Part shown: piece after piece, positions 13,996 to 28,246 of the stretch | How positions within the stretch are numbered: the stretch's first letter is position 1 | How the letters are laid out: every line of letters begins with the position of its first letter | From: Camelus dromedarius | Lineage: Eukaryota | Assembly (NCBI RefSeq): GCF_036321535.1 | Contig: NC_087436.1 | Span: 104,410,001 to 104,474,000, forward strand | Direction of reading: 5' to 3' | DNA length: 64,000 bases | Translations under genes and position numbers: made by a program | Notes under the pieces: generated by a model | Told to the model about the DNA's origin: nothing | What the model saw: the letters and a program-made list of their open reading frames with translations, nothing else | The model's database searches: none

Positions 13996-16900
13996 ACTGA
14001 CTGAAAACCTGCTGGCTTAAGGCAGGACAGGTAGCACTGGGTTCCAACAGATTTGAGAATAATCCCTACCACTGAGAAAGAGCTCAAAGTCCAGTAAAGA
14101 CAATAAAAAATGTTTGGAAAACAAACTGAAATGAAATACATGAGCCAAACAAAAGTATGACAAAAAGCTCCAACAGGGGATGCTTATGTAAAGGAAGAGA
14201 GGGGTGATAAAGGACCACTTCCCAGGAAAATTTTCTTAGAAGAGCCGACTACTAGAAGAAAGAGGACTAGACACAGGGAGTGGGAGGGAAGAGCATGGCA
14301 TTCCAGGGCCTGGGAGTAGCATGAAGAGGCAAGAATGACCCTGCACATCTGGGTACAGGGAGAGACTCAGGCTGAGTACAAGGCAGCCCAACAACACAAC
14401 AGCAGCTGAGGTTTCTTGAGTGTTTACTACATGCCAGTCCCTGAACTAAGCCCTTCACATGCATTATTTCATTTAATCCCCATAATCCAAAAAGATAAGT
14501 ATTGTTAACACCATGCTGAATGTCTTGCAATTAATAAATAAATGCTAGTCAGGAAGTTGAAACAAATTCTCTAAGACTGGAAAGTAAGCCACGGCAACGA
14601 ATAAAACTGACCAGCTGGGTAGTCACATTGTGAAAGGCCTGTCAAACGCCTCAAAAATCTGACATTTGTAAACTTACATAGTATGTATAAAAGTTTAAGC
14701 CAATTCAAATACCACCCTATGACAGATGATGATAAAAGTGGTTAGCAGGTAATAAAAATTTTTAAGGGACCTAGAAAAAACTTAAAATGTTAAAATAAAA
14801 AAAAATCCATCTCTTTGAGAATTGGTTAAAGATCATCATTTAATTTGATCTCAACTCCATTATAGAAAAACACCATGCCGTGGAACGTGGATTTTCAATC
14901 TACACAAATGGCAAGCAGAGATTTTTTTTTTTAACATACAGTTAATTTTCCTTTTTAGTTAATTCTAGTAGTGGAACAGAGAAAGGGTTTTAGAAAGCAT
15001 AGAGAAAAGACAAACTTGAAAAAAGACTGACACTAAGAAAGAGGTAATGGAAGACAATACAAAAGAAGAGTCTGCAAGTCTTTTCTTATGGGAGAAGGGT
15101 ACACTGATAGGTTCTGTTTGACAAATGTCAACCCTGAAGGGCCCTGAACTCCACACTGGAAGTGTTCAATAGGTCGTTGAAAACAACCACCTGTAGTTCC
15201 AGAGAGGGATCTGGACTGGAAAAGTGGGGTTCACTGGTATATAGTTCACAAATGAAGCCACGGAAGTGAATGAAATCTCCCAGAAAGAAAACACAGTGAC
15301 AGGAGAGTTAAGAAAATGCATAAAAGGAAATGAAGAAGAACCAGTAGGGGCAGAACTGAGACCGCGTATTAGATGCTATGGAAGAGGCAACCTCAAAAGA
15401 GGGGAACCATCAAAAGGTGAGATGCTGCAGAGGTGAAGGTCACTTTAGAGCAAGTCTAACAGATACTAGCTAATAGAAAGCCTTACAAACTATTTGAAAT
15501 GAGAGGCCATTTGATGTTTAACGGGTTTAAGAAAAAAAAAAGCTGTAAGTACAATTTGGAGACACCCTCTAGGGAGTAGAGAAGGAAACTGACTGCGAAC
15601 AAATAAAATGACTAAAAATCAGTACTGAAGGACTAGCTACTGCTGGAATCCATAAATGATAGTGCAGATTCCCACTACCATTCCTAGAGTGGGACTGGAA
15701 ATAGCATACTCTCAAATCTGCTGGGCACTGGACAAGACACGTAGCCTGGAGAGGATAATGGTAAGGGATTTGAGGGGTTGCTAGGTCAGGTGAACAACCA
15801 GAGAGTTCAGGGTGGGTGAGAAAACAAAAGCAAAGCTAGGAGAAAGCCAGTATTTTGACAGAACTAGCACAGAAGTCCAGTTGCTGGCATAAAAGGTGAA
15901 AAGTGGCTATATACTTGAAAAAAATTTTTTAAAGAAGTAATTTCAAATCTACTTCCCCACACTAAATTCTATTTGCATTTATAGTCTCTCTTACGTCATT
16001 TAGCAATTACTTGATACGTTTCACATCTTTTTACATTGTCTTCCCAAACAGTATGGAAAAGCTTTAAGACATACTATTAGGTGTATTTTAGAAAGGAAGG
16101 AGGGGTTAAATAACTTTCCCAAAATGATACTGAAGTTCCAGGACTCAGAATTAGTCTAGCTCTTGTGGACAAAATTACACCATCATATATTTTGCACTGG
16201 CTACGAGCACAGCTTTGGTACAAAACAGACAGGGGTCTGAATTTTAACTCCTGTCACTAAGCCTGAGTCTTCTCATCTGTTAAAAAACGAAGACAGTAAT
16301 AGTTCATAGTGTGAAAAATACTTTAAATTAAGTAACTCTAAGTAACCCTACTACTGAGTGTCAGTAAACTCTATTATTATTTTCTTAGAACGGCTGCAGG
16401 AGGGAGAGGGAAGAAGGGGCCAGAGGAATTCCACTGAAGTTTGAGAGCAAACTTGAAAAAGACCTGGAGGCAAGTGATCAGGCATCTTACCTGACTTGCA
16501 AGGCACACATTCTGCAGACATAATAGGTATGCTGCACTTTTACCCATTTTCCCATTAAAGATTTACTGAGAGCCTATTACACCCCAGGCACTAATTACTG
16601 TGCTAGTCGCTTGTATTGGAAGTAACTTCACAGTAACGTACATGACAAAAGAGTTCAGGTCCCAAGGTGTTTACGATGAATACAAGATGACAGCTCAAGT
16701 TTTCCTTGTCCTTTCCCTTTATATTTATAATACAAGTTCTTGAAAAAGCAACTTGAACTTTAAGTAATCATTAATAACAGTTGTCCTGTAATAGTAATTT
16801 GCCAAATAGCTTCTTTCAACAAGAAAAAAAACTGTTAGTAGAACATGAAACATTAAAATTATGTTCTCTGGCAATTAAAGGCTGATAGCTTCATTCTGCA

Positions 16901-17004
16901 TCTTAAGGAGCTTTTTTTTTTTTAAATTTTTTAAAGGCAATATACTCAAAAGAAACACAAGTAGTAAAGCCCATGGACTGACAGCCCGTGTGCTTTTCAT
17001 TCAA

Positions 17005-17217
17005 AGTACGGTTTCCGTTTCGGCACTGTGGACGTACTGGACAGAACAATTCTTCGTTGTGAGGGGCTGTCCTGTGCACTGCAGGGTGTCTGTCAACATC
17101 TCTAACTTCTACCCATTAGAAGCCAATAGCACCTTTGGAGTTGTGACAGCCAAAAACGTCTCCAGATACTGCCAAATGTCGGGGGGTGAGGGGAGGTACT
17201 TGGGTTGAAAACCAATG
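17005..17217 (+). mobile_element. MER20 hAT DNA transposon
   Basis: ggcactgtggac...ttcttcgttgtgaggggctgtcctgtgcactgcaggg...ctacccattagaagccaatagca...ttgtgacagccaaaaacgtctccagatactgccaaatgtc...ggttgaaaacca. Confidence 0.85.
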
Positions 17218-17855
17218 GATCAAAGAAAACCAAACATATTCCAACAATAAGATAAGAAAATCACACAATGTCTTTTAAGGAAAGAATGAGGGAGATTTTA
17301 CCACTGGAAAACATAACGTAGGTGCTATGAGAATCTCACCAGTAGAATTACTACTTTGTATACCTCCATTGTTAAAAACCAGTACTGACAAAGCTAAAAT
17401 TCATAATTTGTTAAAACAGTTCCTAACAGGTTTTGAAGTGTATTCTTTATTATTATTCCTTATAAAATATTCATTCTGAATGAGTCAATTAAAAATTATC
17501 TGAAGAACACAATGGAGCAACTATTTCTGAAAGTTTCCTTACTTAAAACATGAAAGCTTTAATGTTTACAAAGTGGAAATTTTAATTTTGTCAATGTTTT
17601 TACTAACATGAAATCATGGCAATTGTCATCCTAGTTTGACATGTTTAAACTATCATCCTCTTGGTCAAATTTTTGGCTGTGTTTTCTTTGATAAATTTCA
17701 AAATTTTTAATACTGCAAACAAAATTCACAAAAAGAATGTTCTTTTGATGTTAACCCCCATTCTTCTGAAAATAGATCCTCTAACTTTCTTACCACACTT
17801 ACATACACCACCGTGATTGTGCCAACGGTGAACAAGTGGTTTAAACCAGAAGTAG

Positions 17856-17905
17856 GTGTGTGAGTGTGTGTGCGTGTGCGTGTGCGTGTGCATGTTTGTG
17901 TGTGT
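17856..17905. repeat. Imperfect (TG)n/(TGTGCG)n microsatellite
   Basis: gtgtgtgagtgtgtgtgcgtgtgcgtgtgcgtgtgcatgtttgtgtgtgt. Confidence 0.9.
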
Positions 17906-18204
17906 TGGGGGCTTGGGGGGAGGCATTTGAGCTGGCAGCTAAACATAGCGAGCCCCAAGTACTCAAGGAGAGAAATGGTCCACAAAGATGGGAAACCCAG
18001 CCATCCTTACCAACAGCATTAGTCCCTGTACTTCTCAAGTTGGATTTTTGTCACTTGTCAAACCCAGATAATAAAGGTTCCAACACGAACTGTCTTCTAG
18101 TAAAGGAACCTATTTTGTTGTATCAAGTGTTTCCAAAGTAACTGCACACACGCACCCCACCTGCAAACATTTCAGAGAGCTGCAGAGTATGCTTTGAGAA
18201 ACAG

Positions 18205-18375
18205 TACTATAGGCCACAGGTCACAAGCAAGCTGGCAGCCTGTTTCTGTACTTTTTAGAAGCTAAGAATGCCTTTTACATTTTTAAAGGGTTGCAACAGA
18301 GACAGCATCTGGATCTCAAAGCCTAAAATATGTACTACTTGGCTCTTTTTATAGAAACATTTGCTGATCCCTCCA
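18205..18375 (+). mobile_element. MER58-family hAT fragment
   Basis: aagctaagaatgccttttacatttttaaagggttg...caaagcctaaaatatgtactacttggctcttttt...catttgctgatccct. Confidence 0.7.
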
Positions 18376-20591
18376 TAAGCAATAAAAACTGAAACGATTT
18401 TAAAAGAAAAGCTGCAAAATAAAAGACATTCTAAAATTGTTTATTCAATTAAGTACATCACATGGCTGATATTTAATAAAGTTTTGTGATTTTTTTTTTA
18501 AACTCTTCATCAAAATTGGACTTGGAGACAGCTGAGAGTTCAGGAGGCTCAGCCGGACTCTTCTCACTTCTTCAGAATGCTGCCAAAAGGCATTCCAGAC
18601 TTACATGTGACCACCACCACCACCGCCCGTCCCCCCACATAAACGCCAAACTCATGGAGCTGCTCTCATTCTGTCAGATTCCGGCAGTTAAGTCTTCTTT
18701 ATTATCTCAGACAACATTTCTCAAGGTAACTTCCACAATAGTTATGATTGGCAATTAAGATGTTCCCTTCAAAGTTTTAGAGAACCAGCTCAAATAAAGT
18801 GAAACCAACTGCAGGACTACTCAGTCTTAAACCTTGAAGAGAGAGTATCTGTATACAGTATTCCCAACTGTTAAACTAGACCAAGATTTGTTTTTCCCCC
18901 AAGCAGAGAAAACACTTCTCAAAACTGCATGCTACGAATAGGAAAGAAGAGATTCAAAATAAAATTTAAAAAAAAAAGGATCTTACTCAAAGACAATGGA
19001 ATCTCCAAAGCAATACAGGAAATACAGAAATATTTACAAAATAAATAAAACCCATGCTGAGGTGGACAACAAGAGGTTATGGTTATTTCTTAACTATTAC
19101 CTTAGGAGGTTATTACTTACTTTGGGGCAATCTCCAAAGCAAGCCAAGAAACAGCTTCAGAAACTGAGTTTTTCCACAGTCTGAACAGGGCAGTAACGGA
19201 GGCATGTACAGGTACAATGATAAAAGAGAGGTGTGGCAGTGAGACTGACAGGGGATGGGGCTTCAAAACGTGTTAGACCGAGTGATGGAGAAAAGGTTTT
19301 CTGAGCAGAGAAAACAACATAAAATTGTTCCAGCAATCCTTAAAGAAATGAACCCTGTGAATGAAGTCCCAGTACTAAATAAATTCAAGCAAAAGCATGA
19401 GTTAGTAGGTATCAGTCTGGAGTGTTAGAGGGGAAGAAAGTTAATACTCAAGCCTTTGAAGGTTGCTTACAACGCAAGGGTCTCCAAGATTCAAGTTCTT
19501 ACTTTTTGGTTATTGACAACAGGACCAAGTCACTTAGTACAATGGTGTGTTATGCTGAATAACATCTATGGTTTTTTTTAAAGCATGTGGTACAGGCCTG
19601 CTGCAGTCATAACTTCAGAGCACAGACCTGTTCTTACATGAGGAATGAGCACACTCACTGTGATCTGTCCAGCATGCCTGGAGACTTGACACCTAACTGC
19701 GTTGACAGCTAGTGTTTTCACTGATGACATCAGGCCCTAAATGATAAAATGAGAAGTCTCCACAATAAAAGAACAGTCGTTTCTATAACTCAGTATAAGA
19801 TCTGGTTATTCTGTGTTGGTTTTTAATCCACAGTGAAGTCATTTACACCTGTGTACCACATTAAGGGGACTATTTCAAGAGGATGGGATGCCCCTGAGAG
19901 TTACCAACTCCTACTATCTGTATTTCTGAAAGAATGTAACACTTAAAAAAGGCGAAACGCTGAATAGTACACAGTGTTAACTACTCTTAATCAAAAATTT
20001 AAATGCTGTGCTTTTCGAACACTACCTAAAATATTGTCCCCTATATAACAACACACTTTTCAATATTGCATAATTTTGGAAGATAGGAGTTAGGATATGA
20101 TAGGTAGGTTTAAAAGTTTGTTTTTTTAAAAGGGAAACTGAATGAAACTGCCCACTCCTCATATACCTCAATGAAAGTGGATATAAAATTCCTTTTAAGA
20201 TATTTAAGACTAAAGTTTTTGTAACAGGGAAAACTCTTTAAAGAAGAAATGGGAAAATATGGTGAAAAAGAGCCAGATGGGAACTAAATTTGCTATACTA
20301 TCAAAAGGGGAAACTCTGATTTTTAACTTTGGGATCAAGGTTAGGTCTTTATCACAGAACTGGGAATCGATTTTGTATTCCAGTCTTCTTTTCTATCCAA
20401 ACTGTTTAGGTAAATAGTTTTGATAATTAAGAATAAAAATCTGTAAGTCTGCCCTCTTTGAGAGGTTTAAACAGAAATGAACGTTATCTAAATTCTCTTT
20501 TAGAAGATATACTAATTTCTTTTCAGGTATTTGGGGGGAGAGGGGTGATCAAGATAGTGCTTTTAGTACTTTTAATTTTTCAAATTGAAGT

Positions 20592-20662
20592 AGGAAGCAA
20601 CCCAAACAACCACTGCCAGATGACTGAATAAAGAAGTTGTGGTGTACACACACACACACACA

Positions 20663-20701
<39 letters not shown>

Positions 20702-20838
20702 AATGGAATACTACTCAGCCATTAAAAAGAATGAAATATGCCATTTGCAGCAACATGGATTGGCCTAGAGATCATCATATTGAGTGAAGTCAGACAAAGA
20801 AAGACAAATAGCATATGATATCACTTATATGTGGGATC
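20592..20838 (+). mobile_element. L1 ORF2 3'-terminal fragment containing a compound microsatellite
   Basis: ggaagcaacccaa...caatggaatactactcagccattaaaaagaatgaaat...tttgcagcaacatgga...atatcacttatatgtggga. Confidence 0.85.
20646..20701. repeat. Compound (CA)n(CT)n microsatellite
   Basis: acacacacacacacacacacactctctctctctctctctc... read directly. Confidence 0.95.
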
Positions 20839-21404
20839 TTCTGCACTTATTTTCAAGTATACAGTTTGGTGAGTTTGGGCATCTATATACACCATCACCA
20901 CAGTCTAGAAAGACAGTCATCATTCCTAAGTTTCCCTTCTGCCTCCCCACCAAACACCAAGAAACCACAGATCTGCTTTGTTACATCAGTTTGCATTTTC
21001 TATTTTATATAAATGGAATCATATAGTATGTATTTTTTCTTGACTTCTTTAGAAAATTGAACACAATTATCCTAAGATTCATCTACATTGTTGCATGTAT
21101 CAACAGTTCATTCTTTTTCACTGCTGAATAGAAACTCAGTGTAGTGAATACACAATTTGTTGATCCATTTACCTGTTCTGGATTATGCTGTGTGGCTATT
21201 ATGACTAACACTTCCTTTTCAATCTTTGCATTAACACATATTTTCCTTTTTCTTAACTAAATATGTAAGAATGGAATGGCTAGGCCATATGGTCGGGGAA
21301 CGTTTAACTTCTTAGGTGCCAAGTTACTTTCCTAAGTTGTTGGACTATCTTACATGCCCACCACTGTATGACAGTATTCGTTATTCCTAACAGGTATATG
21401 TAGG

Positions 21405-21727
21405 CAGGCAGACCTCATTTTATTGTGTGGCACTGTACTGCGCTTCACAGATACTGTGGGGTTTGTTTTTTTTTAAATTGAAGGTCTGTGGCAACTATGC
21501 ACCAAACAAGTCTATCGGCGCCATATTTCCAATGCATTATTTTTTAAGTTTTTTCTTTTGGACATAAGGCCACAACATCTTAGACATGATGCTATTATAA
21601 TATAGTATAAATGTAACTTTTATATGCCCTGGCAAACAACAAAATTTGTGTAACTTGCCTGATTTGCAATATTCACTTTTTCACAGTAGTCTGGAATTGA
21701 ACATACATTATCTCCAAGGTATGCCTG
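21405..21727. mobile_element. Internally deleted Tigger1-type Tc1/mariner element nested in L1
   Basis: Inverted termini caggcagacctc...aaggtatgcctg|ta; internal gcttcacagatactg, aaggtctgtggcaac, aagtctatcggcgccat. Confidence 0.85.
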
Positions 21728-24334
21728 TAGTGGTATTTCACTGTAGTCTTAATTTGCATTTCTCTAATGGTCATTTACCTTATGTATATATTATTTGGAG
21801 AAGTCTCTGTTCAAATCATTTTCCCATTTAAAAATGGGTTATTTCCTTATTATTGACTTTTGAGAGTTCTTTCCATAATCTGGTTATAAACACTTTGTTT
21901 CTAATTTTGATGAAGTTAAGTTTTACATTTAGGTCTATTTTGATCTAATTTTTGCATACGGTTCTAGGTATGAATCATAGTTATCAAAATAACTATGTTA
22001 TTTAAGTGGTACGAGCATATGGATATCCAATTACTCCAGAATCCTTTGTTAAAAATCCTTTATCTAACTTTATTGCCTTTGACCTCGATTGAAAACCTTC
22101 TCTCAAGAACAACTTCTGACCACCATTCTGTTACAATGATCTACTTGGTTGTCTTTAAGCCAGTACCATCCATGATTAATGTACCTATCTAAGGAGTTTT
22201 GAAATCAGGTAGTAAGTTCTTACCGTCCTTTTTCAAGGTTGTTCTGGCTATACTAGGTCATTTACATTTCCATTATAAATTTTAGAAACAGCTTGTCAAC
22301 TGTTACAAGAAAAGCCCACTGAAATTTTGATTGGGATTACATTGAATCCATAGACAAATTTGGGAAGAACTGACCTCTTAACAATATTGAGTCTTCTGCC
22401 CAAAGAACATTTACTTAGGACTTCTGAGCAGTGTTTTGTACTTTCTAGTATATAGTTTTTGCACATCTTGTATCAGATTTTTTCCTAAGAATTACATACT
22501 TTTTGAAGCTACTATAAGTGGTAGTTTTTAAAATTTCAATTTCCCACTGTTCATGACAAGTATAAAAAATAATTCATTTTTGTATATTTTATACATTGGT
22601 CATGTAGCCTACCACCTTGCTAAACTCATTTATTAGTTTTAATACTTTTTTTTTTAAAGATTCCATAGAATTTCCTGTGCAGAAAATCATGACATCTACA
22701 AATAAAGAATGATTTACCTCTTTCCAGTTTGGCTGCCTTTCCTTTCTTTTTCTGGCCTTACTGTACTAATTAGAACCTCAAGTACGTTAAATGGAAGTGG
22801 TTAAGAGTGGACGCTCTTGCATTGTTCCTGATCTTAAGGGAAAATATTATCTTTCAAAATTAGTATGGTGTGACATTTTGTTCATAGGTATCCTTTATCA
22901 GAATGAGGAAATTCCCTTCTATTCCTAGTTTGATGAAAATTATAATCAAGAATGAATGTCAAAAGTTTTTTCTAAATGCAATGAGATGACCATATTATTT
23001 TCCTTTTTTGTTCTATAAATAGATTAAAATGACACACTGGCATCCATTTCTGAGATAAAGCTCATTTGGTCATGATGTTCTATTATCCCTTTAATATATT
23101 GTTGGATTCATTTTGAAAAACTATTAAGACTTCTTACAACTGTGCTCATAAGGATATCAGTCTACAGTTTTATTTTCTTTTAATGTCTTTGTTCTAGTAA
23201 CAGGGCATTGCTGTCCTAACAAAATGAACCAGGAAATATTTCTGCTCTCCAGTTTTCTGGAAGGATATCTATAGAACTGGCATAATTTATTTCTCACATA
23301 TCTGGTAGAATTCAACAATGAAATCATCTGAGCCTCAAGTTTTCTATGTAGGAAGGTTTACAATTACAAGTTCAATTTATTTGGATATAAGACTATTCAG
23401 GTTATCTCTTTCTTCTTGAGTAAGCTTTGGTGGTTTGCCAGTTTCGAGGAATTTGTGCATTTCTTCAAAAGTTGTTGAGTTTATTGGCAGAAAGTTATTT
23501 CTAATATTTGCTTGTTATCCTTTAAATATCTATAGAATCTGCAGTGACATCACCTTTCTCATTCTTGATACTAGTAATCTGTACAGAATTAGATTTCTAT
23601 TTGCTATGATTATCCTTTTGCTTGAAGGATTTCTTTAACATTTCTTGTAGCTCAGACTTGTTTGTGATTAATTCTTTTTCAGTTTCTTATACCTAAAAAA
23701 GGTCTTTATTTTGCCTTTGCTGGGTACAGAATTCTAACTTGTCATATTTTCCCCTTGAGTACTTTAAAGCTCTTATTCCACTGTCTTCTCCCCAGCAGGG
23801 TTTCAGATGAAAAGTCTGTCATCCTTGTCTTTGTTCCTTTGTATATATCTCTTTCCTCTGTTGCTTTTTACATTTTCTCTTTATCATTGACTTTAAGCAA
23901 TTTGATGATGATGTGGTTTAAAACAACAATAGTTTTTACACTTAGAGTTCATTGAGCTTCTTGGAACCATGGTTTTATAGTTTCTACAAAATTTAGAAAA
24001 TTTTCAGCCATTTATATCTTCATATATTCTTTCAGTCATACCTTTCCCTTCAATGACTCCAATTACATGTATATTAGTCCATTTGAATGTAATCCACACC
24101 TCATGATGATCTCTTTTTCCAGACATCTTCTTCATTTTGGAGTTCCTATTGCTATGTCTTCAAGTTCATTAATCTCTTCTTTAACAGCATATATCTGTAA
24201 TTAATACCATCAAGTGTCTTTTTTCCATTTAAATAGTTTTCTTCTCTAGAAATTTGATTTGGTTCTTCCCTTTTTAATCTTCCATGTCCTCTATTTAACT
24301 TGTTCACTCTTTCCTTTGGCTTGAGGATCTGCAA

Positions 24335-24535
24335 TTAAAGTCTATAAACCAAATCTGATCCACTGACTATTTTAGAAATAAAGTTATTCTCCAATATACA
24401 GACATCTCCATTGGTTTACACATTATCTATGGCTGCTTTTGTGCTGCAACAGAGTTGGGTAGTTACAACAGAGGCTATTTGGGCCACAAAAACTAAAATA
24501 TTTACCATCTTACCCTTCAAGAAAAAGTCTGCACA
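24335..24535 (+). mobile_element. MER58A-like hAT element nested in L1
   Basis: atggctgcttttgtgctgcaacagagttgggtagttacaacagag...gggccacaaaaactaaaatatttaccatcttacccttcaagaaaaagtctgc. Confidence 0.75.
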
Positions 24536-25859
24536 CTCATATAGAAGACAAATAAATGTAACTGTTTTAACATCTTTGTCTACTTCTATCATGTGTCATT
24601 TCTCAGTTGGTTTTAATTGACTGATTTTTCTCATTATGAATCGCATTTTCCTGCTTTTTAGGACTGATGTATTCTAACCAGATGTTAAGACAATGGATTT
24701 TACTATCTTTTTGAGTGTTAGTTATTTTTCTATTTCTTTAAATATTCTTGAGCTTTGTTTTGGTACACAATTAAGTTATTTGAAGAGTTTGATCCTTTCA
24801 ATTTTGCTTTTAAGTTTTGTTAGGTGAAACCAGAGGAGCATTTAGTCTAGTTTTAATTTTGCACCATTACTGAAACAAAACCCTTCTGAATACTCTAGTG
24901 AATTAATGTGAATTATGAGACTTTTTCCACTCTGGCTACTAAGAACAGGCATAACTCATAGCATTGAGGAAGCTCAAGGAATTCTTTCCTCTGATTCTTG
25001 AACTTGTTGTTACCCACAAAGGTTGATCACCTGCTGATCAATACTCAACTCAAGACTAGAGAGGACCTTCTACATATTTCTGAAACTATGCACAGCTCTT
25101 TCCTCTTCAGTTCTCTGCCCTAAGAATGCTGGCCACTTTAGCCGCCCTACATTCCCAGCTGCATTTCCACAACACAAGGTGCTTACTAGGCTCCACCTGG
25201 ATTCCCCCTCCCTACCTCCTGTCCTGGAAACTTTCTCCAGGCACTGAGCTGGGGCAACTGCAAGGCTCACCTCATTTGTTTCCTGTCTCTCAAGGATCAC
25301 TGTCCTCTCTTGCCTGTCGTCCAATATCTTGAAAACCGCTGTTTCATATATTTTTTCCAGGTTTTTAGTTGTTTCAGGCCGAAGAGTAATTCCGGTCCCT
25401 GTTACTCCATCTTGGCCAGAAGCAGAAGTCCTAAAAGCTACTAAAATTTTCCAAACAGGGAAAACTGCTTGAAGGGTAAATGGAAAATCATGATAAAGTA
25501 GATGGGACCTAACTATATTATTGTATATATTTAAGGGGAAAAAATTCCCTTGTATGATATTTATTATCATCATATTGATTGCTATTTTTATAGAAGTATC
25601 CATTAAAGTCATTTATTCATCAAAATATATTTTATTGTTAGCAGTCACTTGAACCTATTGCTGTTGGTAACAAAATAAAAATAATTATCTATTAAATTTT
25701 AAATTTCAAAATGCCTATACATGTGAATTAAGCAATTCCAGTTTAATTTCTTCAAGATATATAAAAACAAGTAACTGAAAATACATTTACATGGATCTGT
25801 GAGATAAGTTATATTTTCCTAGCCGACTTGATCAGAAATATTTACAAAACGCCTTAAAA

Positions 25860-27030
25860 TTTTTTTAAATTTTTATGTAATTTCAGACATACAGAAGTTA
25901 CAGAAATAGTACAAAAAATTCCTACTCCCCATTTCTCCAAGACTCTCCAAATGTTAACATTTTACCATATTTGTATCTTATGTATTTAAAACCATTTAAG
26001 AGCACATTGTAGACATTAAGCCTTTTTACCTAAAATACTTGTGTTTATTTCCTAAAAACAAAGATATTTTCTTATACAATCACAATGTAATTATCACTGA
26101 TATACCTTTATCTACAGATTTTATTCAAATGTTTCCAACTGTCCCTCTAATGTCCTTTCCCCAATAAAGGGAAATGGTGTTGAGAAACTATTACCCTCAA
26201 GCCAGAAAGGCTACCAGTCTGTTTTGTTGTTTTTAAATTAAATTAAGTTGAGCTGGAACAGGGACACCCTATTCATTTACATATTGTCTATGGCTGATTT
26301 AGGGATACAAGAACAGAGCTGAAAAGTCACAACAAACTCAATGTGGCCCTCAAAACCTAACACGTTGATTCTCTGGTCCGTTACAGAAAACATTTGCCAA
26401 CTTCACTTTTAGGGTACAAGTAAAATTTGTTACTGGCACAGATTTAGTTGAATTTGTCATGTTTAACTTAGCTTTTTGGTCTCCTTTACTCCGGTATTCC
26501 GCAGTCTTTTGCTATTTATTTTACAGAATGCCCTTCCATTTGTGTCTGTCTGATGTCTCCTTATGCTTAGATTTAGTTTATGCATTTCGGGCAAGAACAC
26601 CACAAAAGTGATATTATGTCCTCAGGATGCATGTGACATTTATCTTTCCTTTGTTAATGATGTTAATTCAGATCACTTAATTGAGATGGTATCTGCCAGG
26701 TTTCTTCACTGTCATGTTACTATTTTTCACTTTATAATTAACGCTTACTTCATGAGGATATGCTTAGACACTATAAAAATACTTTGTTTCTCATCAGACT
26801 TTAAACCAGTAGTTTAAACATTCACCAATGATTTTTGTCTCAAACAATTATCACTGTAGTGGTTGCCAAAGTGTGGTTTCCTAGTTCCATCATTCCTTCT
26901 ACATTTATTAGGTGGAATTCTTCCGTAAAGAAAAGCTATCTCTTCTCCTCCATTTATTGAATCATTTATTTAACTTAGTGCAGACTTCCAAACTGTCATT
27001 TTATTTTGAGTTTTAATCCATTACTGTCAT
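25860..27030 (-). mobile_element. Old L1 (L1MC-like) 3' region, interrupted by a MER58-like element at about 26170-26405
   Basis: taatttcagacatacagaagttacagaaatagtacaaa...ggcaagaacaccacaaaagtgat...tctgccaggtttcttcactgt; insert shows tattgtctatggctg...cagaaaacatttgccaac. Confidence 0.7.
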
Positions 27031-27035
27031 TATTT

Positions 27036-27329
27036 TTTTTAACTGAAGTATAGCTGATTTACAAAATGTTGATTAGATTCTGATGCACAGCAAAGTGATT
27101 CAGTTATATCATACCTGTGTGTGTATATATATATTCTTTTTCAGATTCTTTTTCATTATAGTTTATTACAAAATATTGAATATAGTTCTCTGTGCTATAC
27201 AATAGGACCTTGTTGTTCATATATTTTATATAGAGTAGTTTGCATTTGCTAATCCCAAGCTCCTAATTTATACCTCCCACTCCTACCTTTCCCCTTTGGT
27301 AACCATAAGTTTGTTTTCTGTATCTGTGA
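27036..27329 (-). mobile_element. Short L1 3'-end insertion (artiodactyl-type 3'UTR) with target site duplication
   Basis: poly-T, aactgaagtatagctgatttac...ggtaaccataagtttgttttctgtatctgtga; TSD cattact(g/a)tcattattt at 27019-27035 and 27330-27346. Confidence 0.85.
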
Positions 27330-28207
27330 CATTACTATCATTATTTATTTTGATGACCAAAGTGCCCATGATTTGTGTGTCCTTCTGGTATGTCCCTCAT
27401 CATTCTTTGAGGGAAACAGCTTTTCTAATAATAGCAATAATGTGGAAATAACCCAAGTGGCCATCAATGTGAAGTGTCAAATAAAGAGCAGTGTGAAGAC
27501 AATGGAAAACTATGGAGACATTAAAAACAAGGCATGAGATCTATAGTTCACAGAACAATGACAGAGCATGATACCAGATTCAAAAAGGAAAAGGTATGTT
27601 TATATATGCATACAATTTTCTTGAAAGAGTCTAACAATGCAGGATAGCATTAAGTCTAGGACTGTAACTGTAGAACTGAATGTCTTACTTTTTATTTTAC
27701 AATCACTGCTAGAAATTTAACAAATCATGTTTAAGACTAATAGTTTTAAATTTAATATTTGTAATTAAAATGTATACTGTAAAATTATATAATTAGAACA
27801 CAGTAAAATATTTAGTCTCATTAAAAATGGATAAAACCTTTAAAAATTTTTTTCTAAAAGCATTTAAGTATCTTTCAAGTCCCATCTGTAATCAACAAAT
27901 TGTGATTAGCTAAATGACGTTAAGACAGAAGAAGCTATCTTTACATTCTAGCCCTTGTTATATTTACTATAATACTCAATATTAATTCTTGAAAGGTTTC
28001 ATTTTCCCCTTTGAACTGTATCCTCTTGCCCGGTTTTTGTGGGAAGGAAAAGGGGAGACGTGGAGGAGGGAGAATGGGAATAAGCTTCTATGATCCAAAT
28101 ACCATTATTTGAATAATTCTTTTCAAGAACATCTAATACAGTTTCCAAAATAACAGGATCTAACACTTTAATGAAATGTTTGAGTGAAAGACTAATATAA
28201 TGCTTAC

Positions 28208-28246
28208 CTAGTAAGTCGTTTAGGTGGAGGCCGCTCACCAAATTTT
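28208..28246 (-). CDS. RBPJ: RBPJ coding mini-exon (39 bp), KFGERPPPKRLT(R); missed by the ORF track
   Basis: Minus strand reads tttttccag|A AAA TTT GGT GAG CGG CCT CCA CCT AAA CGA CTT ACT AG|gtaagc; phase 2-2. Confidence 0.97.

Larger units (their letters stand above)
20845..25430 (-). mobile_element. Old, fragmented L1M element(s): 3'UTR at left, ORF2 relics in the middle, ORF1/5' end relics at right, with nested DNA transposons
   Basis: Reverse L1 motifs: catgtatcaacagttcattcttttt, ttttgattgggattacattgaatccatagacaaatttgggaagaactgac, cttgcattgttcctgatctta, ttcccttctattcctagttt, and 5'-end-like gttactccatcttggccagaagcagaagtc; may be more than one copy. Confidence 0.85.

Noticed and set aside
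17707..18141. Four overlapping ORFs with HT/CA/TR repeats
   Set aside because: Artefact of the stop-free (TG)n microsatellite.
25070..25612. Longest ORF in the track (180 aa, minus strand)
   Set aside because: Mostly overlaps the decayed 5' region of an old L1; no recognisable domain or exon structure.
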